A stretch of DNA of 64,000 nt from Dehalococcoidia bacterium (GCA_965215975.1 OZ244136.1:2965281-3029280); one strand, 5' to 3'; shown: positions 33,109 through 43,712, counted from the first letter of the stretch. Made by a program: numbers and translations. The notes: generated from the letters alone by a model not told the origin.

Positions 33109-34263
33109 CTAGCTTCTGAACCCTGCCATAAGCAGCCGAACGGTGCGTTCTGCTGCTCCTTCAAGCAATTCCTCTGTTCTGGCGAGGCTGCGTTCAAAGC
33201 TCATTGGCCGGTCGGCGATACAGACTACTGCGGCTATCCCGTGCTGGTATAGCTCTTCGTATCCTTCACCCAGGCTGCCAGCCAAGATGACAGTGGGGAC
33301 CTGGTAGGGCGCCGCCTTTCTGGCCACTCCCACGGGAGCTTTGTCATAAATGGATGACAAGTCTGCCCTGCCTTCTCCGGTCAACACCAGATCAGCATCC
33401 CTGATGTTTTCATCAAACTTGAGCACCTCGCAAACGAGGTCAATGCCTGACTGAAGCCTGCACTGGGCAAAGGCCATAAGACCTGCGCCTAAACCACCTG
33501 CCGCTCCAGCACCCGGGTGGTCTTCGTTGAGGAAGTCAATTCCCAAGTCCCGACGAGCAACGCGAGCAAAATTGGCCAGGGCTACGTCAAGTTCGGCTAC
33601 AATCGCCGGCGTCGCGCCTTTCTGGGGACCGTAGATGGCTGACGCTCCCGAGGGGCCGCATAGCGGGTTGGTCACATCGGTCGCGCCGATGATAGTCACT
33701 TCCCGCAACCTGGGGTGGAGATTGGATACGTCGATCATTTCTAGACGTGCCAGGGAACTACCTCCTTTGGGCAGCGGTTTGCCTTGATCGTCCAGGAACA
33801 TGGCTCCCAGGGCAACGGCCATGCCCATGCCTGCATCATTGGTAGCGCTGCCGCCCATTCCCACGACAATCCTGGAGAACCCTTTATCAAGCGCCTCCCT
33901 AATGATTTCACCGGTCCCGTATGTAGTAGTTGTCCGTGGATTGCGGCGACGGGGCGGAACCATGGCAAGGCCGGATGCCCGGGCCATCTCTACTACAGCG
34001 GTCTCGCCGTCACCCATTACGCCCCAGGAAGCTTCAACGGCATGGCCCAAAGGGCCAGTAACAATGTTTCGGAAAATCTCGCCTCCGGTGCTGTCCACCA
34101 GAACTTCCAGTGTGCCGTCGCCGCCGTCTGCCACCGGTACCAGCACGGTAACCGACTCGGGTGAGGCCTTTAGCACACCTCGTTCAATGGCCTGAGCTGC
34201 CGACATGGCCGTTACACTGCCCTTAAAGCTCTGCGGTGCTATTACTATCTTCATCGTCCGCAT
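33109..34263 (-). CDS. Glycerate kinase
   Basis: MKIVIAPQSFKGS...ADGGDGT...TGEG.(D).S..GK are family hallmarks. The second in-frame ATG at 34254 is an alternative start. Confidence 0.85.
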   Translation of the reverse strand: MRTMKIVIAPQSFKGSVTAMSAAQAIERGVLKASPESVTVLVPVADGGDGTLEVLVDSTGGEIFRNIVTGPLGHAVEASWGVMGDGETAVVEMARASGLAMVPPRRRNPRTTTTYGTGEIIREALDKGFSRIVVGMGGSATNDAGMGMAVALGAMFLDDQGKPLPKGGSSLARLEMIDVSNLHPRLREVTIIGATDVTNPLCGPSGASAIYGPQKGATPAIVAELDVALANFARVARRDLGIDFLNEDHPGAGAAGGLGAGLMAFAQCRLQSGIDLVCEVLKFDENIRDADLVLTGEGRADLSSIYDKAPVGVARKAAPYQVPTVILAGSLGEGYEELYQHGIAAVVCIADRPMSFERSLARTEELLEGAAERTVRLLMAGFRS

Positions 34264-34355
34264 CCACCCTCCCTTTCAAATTGTATCTATTTTAAACGCT
34301 CTCTGCTAAAATCGGGGCACGCCGCAGCTATGCAGCGGTCCCGGGAGGTGCTTCG

Positions 34356-35696
34356 TTGCCGTCAAAAGAAGAACTGAAGCGCCAGGTATTTGATGCCATC
34401 GACGCCAAGGCGGATGAGCTGATCAACCTGGCGCAGACCATTCTGAACAATCCCGAGCCGGGCTTCAGGGAAGTTAAGACCGCCCAACTGGTATCGGGTA
34501 AGTTCGCCGAAATGGGCATTCCGTTCAGGTCCGGACTCGGTTTGACAGGAGTACGGGCCGATTTGCTCGGCGGCAGCCCTGGTCCGACCATGGCATTGAT
34601 GGGAGAGCTCGATTCATTGATCGTCAACGAACATCCCTATGCCGATTCTACTACGGGTGCCGCCCACGCCTGTGGACATCACTGCCAGATCGGTATGTTG
34701 ATGGGAGCGGCCGTTGGACTGAACCAGCCTGAGGTTTTGTCGGAATTGAGCGGTCGCGTCGCGTTGGTGGCAGTCCCTGCCGAAGAATACATAGAAATAG
34801 AATACAGGGACGGGTTGCGCCGCGAAGGCAAGATAGAGTTCCTGGGTGGAAAGCCGGAGTTGATCAAACTCGGCGAATTCGACGACGTTGATCTGGCCAT
34901 GATGGTCCATACGACCAGCACTGTTGAAGAAGGCAAGCTCTGCATCAGCGGCACCAACAATGGGACAGTGGCGAAGAAAATTCAGTTCTTGGGAAAGGGA
35001 TCCCATGCCGGTGGCTCTCCCCATCTTGGCATAAACGCCCTTAATGCGGCTACGCTGGCACTAACTGCCATTCACTATAACCGAGAAACTTTCCGAGATT
35101 CCGACACAGTGCGGGTCCATCCCATAATCACCAAGGGCGGAGAGGCAGTAAGCGCCGTCCCCGCCGAAGCCAGGATGGAAACCTTTGTGCGTGGCAGGAC
35201 CCTTGAGGCCATCATGGACGCCAACAAAAAGGTTGACCGGGCCCTCCGTGCTGGGGCTATGGCCGTAGGAGCAGGCGTAAGAATTCAGACCATTCCCGGC
35301 TACATGCCGCTCAGTCAGAACCAGCAGATGAACGAACTCTTTCGGCCCAACGCTGCTTATCTCGTTGGCACGGAAGGTGTTGGGCATGTCGCTCACCGAA
35401 CGGGCTCCACAGACATGGGAGACATCAGCCAGATAATGCCGGCCATTCATCCCTATGTGGGCGGAGCATCTGGCCTGGGGCACGGTGCTGATTATGTAGT
35501 CAAGGATTACCAGTTGGCCGTAATTACGGCGGCCAAAGCCATGGCGGCCACCGTGGTGGACATGTTGGCTGACGGAGCCAGCGCGGGCAGCAAAGTGGTA
35601 GCGGAACACCGGCCTGAAATGACACGCCAGGAATATCTGAAGTTCATGCGGTCTCTGGCCAGTGAACAGACCTTTGAGGCAGAACTAATATGTTAA
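34356..35696 (+). CDS. M20-family amidohydrolase/metallopeptidase (paralog 1)
   Basis: 446 aa. NPEPGFREVKT, HACGHH, and GGEA.(S/N)AVP. TTG start after the SD GGGAGGTG. Confidence 0.8.
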   Translation: MPSKEELKRQVFDAIDAKADELINLAQTILNNPEPGFREVKTAQLVSGKFAEMGIPFRSGLGLTGVRADLLGGSPGPTMALMGELDSLIVNEHPYADSTTGAAHACGHHCQIGMLMGAAVGLNQPEVLSELSGRVALVAVPAEEYIEIEYRDGLRREGKIEFLGGKPELIKLGEFDDVDLAMMVHTTSTVEEGKLCISGTNNGTVAKKIQFLGKGSHAGGSPHLGINALNAATLALTAIHYNRETFRDSDTVRVHPIITKGGEAVSAVPAEARMETFVRGRTLEAIMDANKKVDRALRAGAMAVGAGVRIQTIPGYMPLSQNQQMNELFRPNAAYLVGTEGVGHVAHRTGSTDMGDISQIMPAIHPYVGGASGLGHGADYVVKDYQLAVITAAKAMAATVVDMLADGASAGSKVVAEHRPEMTRQEYLKFMRSLASEQTFEAELIC

Positions 35697-37036
35697 CTAG
35701 GGAAGAATTGAAACAAAGGGCTGTCGCTGCAATCGACCGTCACCGTGATGAAATCATTGGGGTGGCTCGCCAGATTCTTGACAATCCCGAACCGGGATTC
35801 AGCGAGCACAAAACGTCTCAATTGGTTGCGGACAAATTCGATGAAATGGGCATTCAGTATCGTCGTGGGCTGGCGCTTACCGGAGTCAAAGGACATGTAA
35901 CTGGTGGGGGCGGCCCCGGCCCCAAGGTCGCCGTCATTGGCGAACTGGATTCATTGATAGTCAATGAGCACCCGCATGCCGATGAGGACACCGGCGCCGC
36001 TCACGCGTGTGGGCACCACTGCCAAATAGGTATGATGCTTGGGGCCATTCGAGGGCTGACTCAACCGGAGGTGCTGGCGGAACTGTCCGGAGAGGTGGTG
36101 CCCTTTGCGGTTCCAGCCGAAGAGTTTATCGAAGTGGCGCGGCGCTTGCAGCTACGTGAAGAAAAGAAGCTTGAATTCATGGGAGGCAAGCAGGAACTAA
36201 TCAGGCTGGGCGAATTCGACGATGTGGACATGGCAATGATGTGCCATACTGCCAGCGACATGGGCGACCACAAATTTGCCGTGGGAGGCACCAGCAACGG
36301 GCACGTCGTAAAGTACGTGCAGTTCCTGGGCCGCGGGTCCCACGCCGGTAGTGCTCCCCACTTGGGTATCAATGCCCTGAATGCCGCTTCCTTTGCCCTC
36401 CAGGCCATACACAACAACCGGGAAGTTTTCCGCGGCGAGGATACAGTACGCGTTCACGGGATAATGACCAAGGGCGGCGAGGCTGTAAACGCCGTCCCAG
36501 CCGACGTGCGGCTGGAGTGGCGAGTGCGGTCTGCCTCTCCCAAGGCGGTGGTGAAGAATTCGGCACTGGTGGACAGGTGCTTCAAGGCTGGAGCCCTGGC
36601 GGTTGGAGCCAAGGTCAACATCACCAATATCCCAGGCTACCTGCCTATGAAGCACGATACCCACCTGCAAGAGCTGTTCAGGCAGAACGCGGTTTCGGTG
36701 GTGGGGGAAAATAGGACTCTGGTCATCCCAGGACGCCGCAACAGGGGCGGGTCTACCGATATGGGGGACTTGAGTCACCTTATGCCGGTTTGTCATCCCT
36801 ATGCGGCCGGAGCCGTCGGTTCGGGGCACAGCAAGGAATATCTGGTTGCCGACTACGAGGCTGCTGTCGTCAACCCGGCCAAGGTAATGGCCATGGTGGT
36901 GATAGATTTGCTGGCTGATGGTGCCAAAAAAGCCTCGGAAATTACGAGCTCTCACCGTCCTGCTATGAAAAAAGCTGCCTATCTCCGCTTCCAACGGGAG
37001 AGGGCAGATTTTGTGGAGTTTGATGGTGCTCAGTAG
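35690..37036 (+). CDS. M20-family amidohydrolase/metallopeptidase (paralog 2)
   Basis: 448 aa, colinear with the preceding gene (NPEPGFSEHKT, HACGHH, GGEAVNAVP). Its ATG overlaps the upstream stop by 7 nt. Confidence 0.8.
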   Translation: MLTREELKQRAVAAIDRHRDEIIGVARQILDNPEPGFSEHKTSQLVADKFDEMGIQYRRGLALTGVKGHVTGGGGPGPKVAVIGELDSLIVNEHPHADEDTGAAHACGHHCQIGMMLGAIRGLTQPEVLAELSGEVVPFAVPAEEFIEVARRLQLREEKKLEFMGGKQELIRLGEFDDVDMAMMCHTASDMGDHKFAVGGTSNGHVVKYVQFLGRGSHAGSAPHLGINALNAASFALQAIHNNREVFRGEDTVRVHGIMTKGGEAVNAVPADVRLEWRVRSASPKAVVKNSALVDRCFKAGALAVGAKVNITNIPGYLPMKHDTHLQELFRQNAVSVVGENRTLVIPGRRNRGGSTDMGDLSHLMPVCHPYAAGAVGSGHSKEYLVADYEAAVVNPAKVMAMVVIDLLADGAKKASEITSSHRPAMKKAAYLRFQRERADFVEFDGAQ

Positions 37037-37134
37037 AATGCGAGCTAACGTAGGTTCTTCAGAAGGGTCGCGCCTGAGGGTGCGACCCTTATTAATTGGT
37101 AAGATCCATTGTTTCGTGAAATCAATTGACCCAC

Positions 37135-37803
37135 CTAGAAACTGATAAGCGAAGGCAAATACTGCATGACGGCCCCGGCTATTAGAGGAACAGTCATATT
37201 GTCATCGAAAGGCGATGGGGCCAGCTCAACCAGGCCGGCGACGACCGCTCCGGCAATGAATATCCACTGAAATTCCGTTACTCCGGCGAATACCAAGAGG
37301 CCAATCACCATTAGCGACACGGCAATGAAGGCCATAGTCCCAACCGGAGACTTTCCAAAAACCCTCGGTCCGGGCATGGGCCGCCCTACCAGGGCGGCCG
37401 CGGGGTCGCCCAAGGACAAGAACAGAAGGACGGCTATGGCAACAGACTTATCAAACAGTAAAAAGGCTAAGCAGGCGCCAATCAGCAGGTAAGTAGCGCC
37501 GGTAATTCGGCGGTCCTCGTCCCTTTTGAGAAGCAAGCGAAGGGATTGCAGAAAGATTCGATTTAGCCAGGCAACTCGGAAGCGGATGATATCCAGGGCG
37601 AGGCTTGCGACAGCAAGAATTCCGGCTAGCTGGGCTGTTAAGGGGTCACACACGAAGATCGCAACAACTGGTATCGATGACCCGACAGCAGCGTGGAACA
37701 GACGACGGGGCCATAGCGGGCCGCCGCAGGCTGGAATTCCCGATTCCTGCGAGAAGTTCAAGGCTGGGGTAAATTTGCGGTGACTGGCTGAGGCGTCAAC
37801 CAA
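37135..37803 (-). CDS. Polytopic membrane protein of the CTP-dependent polyprenol/diacylglycerol kinase - CdsA-like cytidylyltransferase superfamily
   Basis: Multiple TM segments. LSLGDPAAALVGRPMPG...GKSPVGTMAF resembles the GD..A..vG....GKS.eG motif. TTG start. Substrate not assignable. Confidence 0.55.
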   Translation of the reverse strand: MVDASASHRKFTPALNFSQESGIPACGGPLWPRRLFHAAVGSSIPVVAIFVCDPLTAQLAGILAVASLALDIIRFRVAWLNRIFLQSLRLLLKRDEDRRITGATYLLIGACLAFLLFDKSVAIAVLLFLSLGDPAAALVGRPMPGPRVFGKSPVGTMAFIAVSLMVIGLLVFAGVTEFQWIFIAGAVVAGLVELAPSPFDDNMTVPLIAGAVMQYLPSLISF

Positions 37804-37852
37804 AGTTGCATTGAGCTAAACCCAGCCAGTGACCTAACCGGCCCAGGTATTC

Positions 37853-38476
37853 CTAGAACTCAATGGTCAGGCCGTCCCCTGCTCTCCACCGGAGTTCCCG
37901 TATTTCTACGTCCTTGGGGACCTCGAAAATCAACCACCCATCGACCCCGAATCCTTGCAACAGCTCAAATGCTTTGGTGGTTCCGTCGTTGTAGGAAGTA
38001 TTCCAAAGGAAACAAAGGTTTCGAGGTTGCTGGTCAGAAATTGGGCATTTGGCAACTCGTTGCTCAGCCACATTTTCCGGAGTGCCAATTTCCTCGGGCC
38101 GTTCCTTCACATCAATAGGGAAGTACTTATCGTGGAAGAAATCGCGCACTTCTGCGGCGCCCTGGTCGATGTCAACAATGGCGCTGGTGGCCTTGTGGTT
38201 TTCCACCTTTACCCGCATCATCAAGAGTTCCTGGCTTTCTTCTTCCGGGGCGATCCGGTAATATGTGGGGGCCTCGCCGCCTCTGGGCAGAGTGTAGATC
38301 AACTCGGGGGCCCTCTCCATCGCTACAACGCTAACGTGTAGAGTGCGCCCTGTATAGTACTTTCCTATTGCCGGAGAAACGTCGGCGCAACCGACCACAG
38401 CCAGTAATGTCAAGGAGAAAAAAAGAACTAACGAAGTCTTTAGGCTTGATTTTGAAAACAAAGAATACCTGTTCAT
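37853..38476 (-). CDS. Lipoprotein of unknown function (DUF4352-like Ig-fold suspected)
   Basis: Signal peptide with lipobox LLAVVGC. The C-terminal GWLIFEVPKDVEIRELRW pattern resembles DUF4352. Confidence 0.55.
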   Translation of the reverse strand: MNRYSLFSKSSLKTSLVLFFSLTLLAVVGCADVSPAIGKYYTGRTLHVSVVAMERAPELIYTLPRGGEAPTYYRIAPEEESQELLMMRVKVENHKATSAIVDIDQGAAEVRDFFHDKYFPIDVKERPEEIGTPENVAEQRVAKCPISDQQPRNLCFLWNTSYNDGTTKAFELLQGFGVDGWLIFEVPKDVEIRELRWRAGDGLTIEF

Positions 38477-38483
38477 ACCCTCT

Positions 38484-39677
38484 TCAGGAACCTGTCGTAG
38501 TTAGTGTGGGCAGTTGGCGAAGCCGACTAACCAGGTCAACCAAAACGCCCAGCAAATAATCCACTTCTTCTTCAGTATTTTCCTTGCCCAGAGTAATTCG
38601 GAGGCTGCTCCGGGCCAATTCAGCCGTTTGTCCCAGTGCCAATAATACATGCGACGGCTCCAGTGAGCCGGAACTGCATGCGCTGCCACTGGAAGCCGCC
38701 ACGCCCGCCATATCCAGGCCCAAAAGGATAGACTCTCCCTCAACACCCTCAAAAGAAAAGTTTATGTTGTTGGGGAGCCGTTGGATGGGATGGCCGTTCA
38801 GATTGGTGTCGGGCACAATGTCAGTCACTTCCCTAATTATACGGTCTCGGAGGACCGTACAGTTCGCAGAAGTGTCCTCCCTGCTTGTGTCGGCCATATC
38901 CAATGCCACGGAAAGGCCCACTATGCCGGCGATATTCTCCGTGCCCGACCGCCTCTCCCGTTCCTGCCCTCCGCCTAACAGAAGCGGCATATAGGGGGTT
39001 CCCCGTCGCACAAACAGGACACCGGTGCCTTTTGGCCCATAGAACTTGTGCCCGGACAGACTAAGCATATCTACACCAAGTCTGCGCACGTTCAGGTCGA
39101 GGAAACCGGCGGCTTGAACCGCGTCGGTGTGCATGACTATTGTTCGGTCCAATTCTCCTGCCCGCTTTTGGACCGCTGCAGAAATCTCGGAAATTGGGTT
39201 AATGGTTCCAATTTCGTTGTTGGCGTACATTATGGACACGAGGGTAGTCCGCGGGCCAGTTGCATTGTAAACCTGTTCTGGGCTGACGTTCCCATATTCA
39301 TCCACGGGAAGAAAGGTCACCTCGTAACCCAGGTTCTCGAGATATTGGCAGGTATGTAGCACTGCATGGTGTTCTACGCTTGAAGTTATGATGTGGTTTC
39401 CCGTCTCATGTAGGGCAGTGGCAGCGCCGATGATTGCCGCATTGTCCGATTCGGTGCCACCGCTGGTGAACACAACCTCGCTCGTCCGGCAAGCCAACAC
39501 CTTGGCCACTCGCTCCCGGGCGCTATCCAACGCATAGCGAGCCTCTTGCCCCACCGTATGTACGCTGGAGGGATTCCCATAGAGCTGGGTAAAGTAGGGC
39601 AGCATAGCCTCGAGGACTCGAGGGTCGGTAGGAGTGGTTCCGGCGTGATCCAGGTAAATGAGGCCTGGAGATGACAT
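38484..39677 (-). CDS. Cysteine desulfurase (NifS/IscS class)
   Basis: Start [16 protein letters not shown] (ATG at 39677). PLP lysine in [12 protein letters not shown]. Active-site loop SSGSACSSG. Confidence 0.85.
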   Translation of the reverse strand: MSSPGLIYLDHAGTTPTDPRVLEAMLPYFTQLYGNPSSVHTVGQEARYALDSARERVAKVLACRTSEVVFTSGGTESDNAAIIGAATALHETGNHIITSSVEHHAVLHTCQYLENLGYEVTFLPVDEYGNVSPEQVYNATGPRTTLVSIMYANNEIGTINPISEISAAVQKRAGELDRTIVMHTDAVQAAGFLDLNVRRLGVDMLSLSGHKFYGPKGTGVLFVRRGTPYMPLLLGGGQERERRSGTENIAGIVGLSVALDMADTSREDTSANCTVLRDRIIREVTDIVPDTNLNGHPIQRLPNNINFSFEGVEGESILLGLDMAGVAASSGSACSSGSLEPSHVLLALGQTAELARSSLRITLGKENTEEEVDYLLGVLVDLVSRLRQLPTLTTTGS

Positions 39678-39845
39678 AGATAACCTCAGTTGTATCCTGC
39701 GACACATTTTAGCACAGCCAGCTTCCGCCCGTAGGTAAGATATTGCAGCCGGAAATACGGCACACAACTAATTTCATCGAAAAGTTGTCTTCGGAAGTAC
39801 GCCTGCTTAGATTTCGGGCATATAAGCGCCGGTTAGCAGGCCGAG

Positions 39846-40952
39846 CTAACGCCGTCGCCGTCGCAACTGCACCAAGAGCAATATTTCCGACCGGCTGATA
39901 ATTCCTACGGGATAGCTGTCGCGAACCAGTGCGGCTGCTTGCCAACCTTCGGCGTCCATACGCTCCATGGCATCAAAGGCCCCCAAGTCGGCATGCAGAG
40001 AGGGAAAAGAGTCCAAAGGGGCCATGAGTTGGCCCAGGGTGGCGTTCTGTAGAAACTCTGAAGAGGTATTAGCCACAGCTCGGCCAGTGACTACTCCATA
40101 CGGTGGTCCATCTACCAGTATCCCGTGATAATTGGACCTGGAGAGGGCCAACAAAGCCTCTGTCGAAAGGGCTGAAGTGTTCCCGGGAAGCAAGCTCCAC
40201 TCTGCCGTCATTGCTTCAGACACCCGGCAGGACCGGAGCACCTTCCTTGTTGCCTCTTGGCGATAGTTGGTCGTTGCAACGTAAAAGAGGAACCCACCGA
40301 CCAGCGCGACCCAGAAGGATTGGAACGCGCCAGTTATAGCCCAAGCGATGCCCCCACAAACCATGATTATCCCAAGACCCTGCCCGGCTCTAATAGCCAG
40401 CTTGGTAGCCAGCCAATAGTTGCCGGTCACACCCCATATACCGGCCCGAAGGATGCGTCCTCCATCAAGGGGAAAACCCGGCAGCATATTAAATATGCCA
40501 AGGGAAAGGTTTATGGCGAATAACGTGAACAGGCCAGCGCTCAAGTAAGAGCTGTATTCCCCAAACAGGTACCAGGAGAGTCCTAGAATCACCGCAAGGC
40601 CCAGGCTGGTGACCGGACCCACTACTGAGACCAGGAACTCAGTTAAAGGGCGCTGGGCCTCCTGAGCGAGCTGGGACACCCCGCCAAAGATAAACAGGGT
40701 GATGCCACGCACCGGAATCCCCTTAGCCAGAGCTACCAGACTGTGGGACAACTCGTGCACGAGCACCGAAAGAAAGAAGAGCACTGTAGTCAGGACGGCG
40801 ACCGCCCAACGGGAAGCCAGGGGCCAATGGGGATAAAATTCGCCGAACCTGGTCGACATCAGGAAGATTACCAGGCCGAAGACAATCAGCCAGCTATAGT
40901 TGATACCTATGGGTATGCCGAAAATCTTCCCTAGTCGGATGGACGCATCCAT
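39846..40952 (-). CDS. Site-2 protease family (M50) membrane metalloprotease with C-terminal CBS pair
   Basis: HELSH zinc motif and NMLPGFPLDGGR. The C-terminal soluble region is CBS-like. Confidence 0.85.
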   Translation of the reverse strand: MDASIRLGKIFGIPIGINYSWLIVFGLVIFLMSTRFGEFYPHWPLASRWAVAVLTTVLFFLSVLVHELSHSLVALAKGIPVRGITLFIFGGVSQLAQEAQRPLTEFLVSVVGPVTSLGLAVILGLSWYLFGEYSSYLSAGLFTLFAINLSLGIFNMLPGFPLDGGRILRAGIWGVTGNYWLATKLAIRAGQGLGIIMVCGGIAWAITGAFQSFWVALVGGFLFYVATTNYRQEATRKVLRSCRVSEAMTAEWSLLPGNTSALSTEALLALSRSNYHGILVDGPPYGVVTGRAVANTSSEFLQNATLGQLMAPLDSFPSLHADLGAFDAMERMDAEGWQAAALVRDSYPVGIISRSEILLLVQLRRRRR

Positions 40953-41190
40953 TTGGCTAAGCTACCCATTCCCCTGTCTGGCCATTCGGCACCGCACCAT
41001 ATCCCAGGGTGGTCCCGGCCAGGCAAGCACTAAGTCAGTAAGGAGTCCATATATTCATCTAAACATATGGCACACTATTTAGCCAGCGGAGGAAAAAGAG
41101 CGGGATACCAAAGCATGAAGGCAGACTCGAAAAAGCAATAGAAAAACAGGCGAACTACAAGTGTAGAAACGGGGCGTGAAGTAGCGCCGG

Positions 41191-42117
41191 TCAGACCACG
41201 TTTGGTCGAACAGGTGAATGGGAAGATGTGGCCACCAGCCCGATTATCTTGTAGATAAGCTTTGCCGCAGTATAGGTGCAGGCAGGTGGCCCGTCCAGGG
41301 GAGCCAACTCGTTGACGTCGAATCCCACGATCTGCCTGGTTTCTGCCACGGTACGCAGGATGGCCACGATGTCATTCCAGAACATTCCCCCGGGCTCCGG
41401 GGTGCCTACTGCTGCCATCAACGATGGGTCCAGAACATCAAGGTCAATACTTATGTAAACTTGATCTCCCAAGTCGGAAACTATTCTACGGGCGTAGCAG
41501 TCTACCGTCTCATCGTTGGGTTGGGGCCAGGGAAACGCAGGTACTCCCTCGGCTTTTAGGTAATCACGCTCTTCGGGAGCCATGCTGCGGACTCCGGCAA
41601 GGGTTACCGGGCAGTGCTCGTTAATACGGCGGGCGCCCGACGAGTGGCCCCAGGACGTTCCGAGGTAACTGTCCCTTAGGTCAGCGTGGGCATCTAGGTA
41701 TAGCGCGGACATATGGGGATAGGCTTCCAGGTGGGCCAGGGCTGACCCGATACAGACGGAATGGTCGCCGCCAATTACCCCCACCAAACGATCGGGGGAC
41801 AGAAAGCTCCCCACAGCTCGTCGGACTCGATCAACCATTTGTGCGGGGTCTCCGGTATGGGGTTCGACGGCTGGGGTAGTATGAATACCCACTTGGGAGA
41901 CATCCAGATCCAGTTCCCAGTCGTAATCTTCCAAAGCGTAGGAAGACTCAATGATGGCGGAAGGCCCCTGTCGAGCGCCACTGCGAACGGAAGTAGTACT
42001 GTCGTAAGGTACGGGGATCAGGACTACCCCGGCTGTCGACAGGTCGGATTGATGAGGAGGCAACGCCAGGAAGTTGGACGGAATCCAAGGCAGGTTTATG
42101 TCATCCTGTCCGTCCAA
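41191..42117 (-). CDS. speB: Agmatinase / ureohydrolase family
   Basis: GGDHSV, DAHADL and SIDLDVLDP are Mn-binding motifs of the arginase/agmatinase family. Confidence 0.8.
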   Translation of the reverse strand: MDGQDDINLPWIPSNFLALPPHQSDLSTAGVVLIPVPYDSTTSVRSGARQGPSAIIESSYALEDYDWELDLDVSQVGIHTTPAVEPHTGDPAQMVDRVRRAVGSFLSPDRLVGVIGGDHSVCIGSALAHLEAYPHMSALYLDAHADLRDSYLGTSWGHSSGARRINEHCPVTLAGVRSMAPEERDYLKAEGVPAFPWPQPNDETVDCYARRIVSDLGDQVYISIDLDVLDPSLMAAVGTPEPGGMFWNDIVAILRTVAETRQIVGFDVNELAPLDGPPACTYTAAKLIYKIIGLVATSSHSPVRPNVV

Positions 42118-42132
42118 GATACGGTATGACCT

Positions 42133-42540
42133 TTAAGAAAGGAGAGCGGAGCGTTGTTCCTGGGTTTCGGTAAGGCCTTGATCACCATTGAGCCATTCGA
42201 GGCCACGGTCAAGAAGCCAGGTTTTCATGTCCTTCAGGTCGAACAAGTCCTTCGCGTCAAGTGTGGCCTGTTCGTTGTCGAAAGACTTGCAGGAAAAGAT
42301 GTCAATATTAACGTAATTCCGGTAAGGAAAGGTATGAATACTGATGTGGCTCTCCGCTATTATGACGAATCCTGAAACCCCGGCATCTTCGATCTTGGGA
42401 CCGTTGTATTCCAGAACATTTGGCTCGGTGATCCTGGTCATACCGAGTTTGTCAGGATAGTTGATCAAAAACTCCCTGACCAGTTTCGCATCCCACATCT
42501 TGCCGGTGTCACCAGCATATCCGTCAATAACCAGGTGCAT
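42133..42540 (-). CDS. Pyruvoyl-dependent decarboxylase of the class-1 S-adenosylmethionine decarboxylase (SpeH/SpeD) fold
   Basis: [10 protein letters not shown]... and [13 protein letters not shown] (the E-S self-cleavage site). ATG at 42540; the ORF track extends to a TTG at 42570. Confidence 0.75.
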   Translation of the reverse strand: MHLVIDGYAGDTGKMWDAKLVREFLINYPDKLGMTRITEPNVLEYNGPKIEDAGVSGFVIIAESHISIHTFPYRNYVNIDIFSCKSFDNEQATLDAKDLFDLKDMKTWLLDRGLEWLNGDQGLTETQEQRSALLS

Positions 42541-42748
42541 CTTTGGTGTCTTTCGCCTCCGAAGGGTCAAAAAATCAAGCTGGGGACAGTTACGTCCCCC
42601 TGGCTAACTCTTGGCAAATGCCGACGTATAGAATATCATCACTAATGCTTTTGTTCAATGTAGATATAAGAGGGGGGACAGGCGAATCTTCTGTAAGTCG
42701 ACCTCGCAACAAGGGGTCGGACGTGTCGAATACTTCGCCAGCTGGGAA

Positions 42749-43711
42749 ATGGAAGAGCAAAAAACTGACGTTTTGATGATTCAGGCCAGTGGCTTGACGC
42801 ACTATTACGGTCCTCAGCCTGCTATCGAGGACGTCAATTTTGGCGTCAAGAAGGGCGAAATCCTGGGTTTCCTTGGCCCCAACGGCGCAGGCAAGACTAC
42901 TACCATGCGTATTCTGACGGGCTTTATGCCTCCCACCCAAGGGAAGGTGACGTTGGCCGACTTTGATGTGGTAGAGCAGTCGCTTGAGGTACGAAGGCGG
43001 ATCGGTTACTTGCCTGAAACGGTTCCGCTCCACACCGAAATGCAGGTGACAAACTATCTGAAGTACATGGGAACCCTGAGAGGCATGCCAGCGCGCCAGA
43101 TCAAGCGCCGAGTTGGAGAAGTCGTCGAGGTTTGCCGATTGCAGGACTACCACAAGACCATCATTGGCAAGCTGTCCAAAGGATTTCGGCAGCGGGTGGG
43201 CATTGCGCAGGCCATTCTTCACGAACCGGAAGTTCTTGTATTGGATGAACCAACCATCGGTATTGACCCAATTCAGGTCGTGGAAACCCGACGTCTGATC
43301 CAGGACTTGGGTAAAGAACAGACCGTGGTGCTCAGCAGCCACATCCTGCCTGAAGTGAATATGATTTGCGAGCGGGTGCTGATCATTCACGAAGGCCGTA
43401 TAGTCGCCGAAGACTCGCCTAGCAATTTGGCTCAGCGCCTTCAGGGAGTGGACCAGTTGCAGGTTGAGGTTGGGGGGCCAGTTCAGGAAGTGCTAGCCAC
43501 ACTCCGGCGCGTCCCCGGTGTTTCCGAGGTTAACCACCGGTACCAGCAGGGCCGGAACCTGTTTATTGTTCAGGTCCAGCGGGGCCGTGATCTGCGGGAC
43601 GAGATTTCCCGAGCCGTGGTCAGCAACGAGTGGAGTCTACTCAGCATGCAGTTGGTGAGCATGAGCCTTGAGGACATTTTCCTGAGACTAACAACTCACG
43701 AGGAGCTCTAG
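42749..43711 (+). CDS. ABC transporter ATP-binding protein (ABC-2 / GldA-like)
   Basis: Walker A GPNGAGKTT, signature LSKGFRQR, Walker B LVLDEPTIGID. Confidence 0.9.
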   Translation: MEEQKTDVLMIQASGLTHYYGPQPAIEDVNFGVKKGEILGFLGPNGAGKTTTMRILTGFMPPTQGKVTLADFDVVEQSLEVRRRIGYLPETVPLHTEMQVTNYLKYMGTLRGMPARQIKRRVGEVVEVCRLQDYHKTIIGKLSKGFRQRVGIAQAILHEPEVLVLDEPTIGIDPIQVVETRRLIQDLGKEQTVVLSSHILPEVNMICERVLIIHEGRIVAEDSPSNLAQRLQGVDQLQVEVGGPVQEVLATLRRVPGVSEVNHRYQQGRNLFIVQVQRGRDLRDEISRAVVSNEWSLLSMQLVSMSLEDIFLRLTTHEEL

Positions 43712-43712
43712 A

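Noticed and set aside
36197-36994. 265-aa minus-strand ORF. Similar antisense ORFs lie at 58199-58942, 61116-61847, 31157-31831, 62971-63528, 2974-3516 and 7410-7862.
   Set aside because: All of them lie opposite strongly supported genes and show no family signatures. I treat them as shadow ORFs.
42590-43390. 266-aa minus-strand ORF
   Set aside because: It is antisense to the ABC ATPase gene, which has clear Walker A, signature and Walker B motifs. The ORF itself has no motifs or SD.
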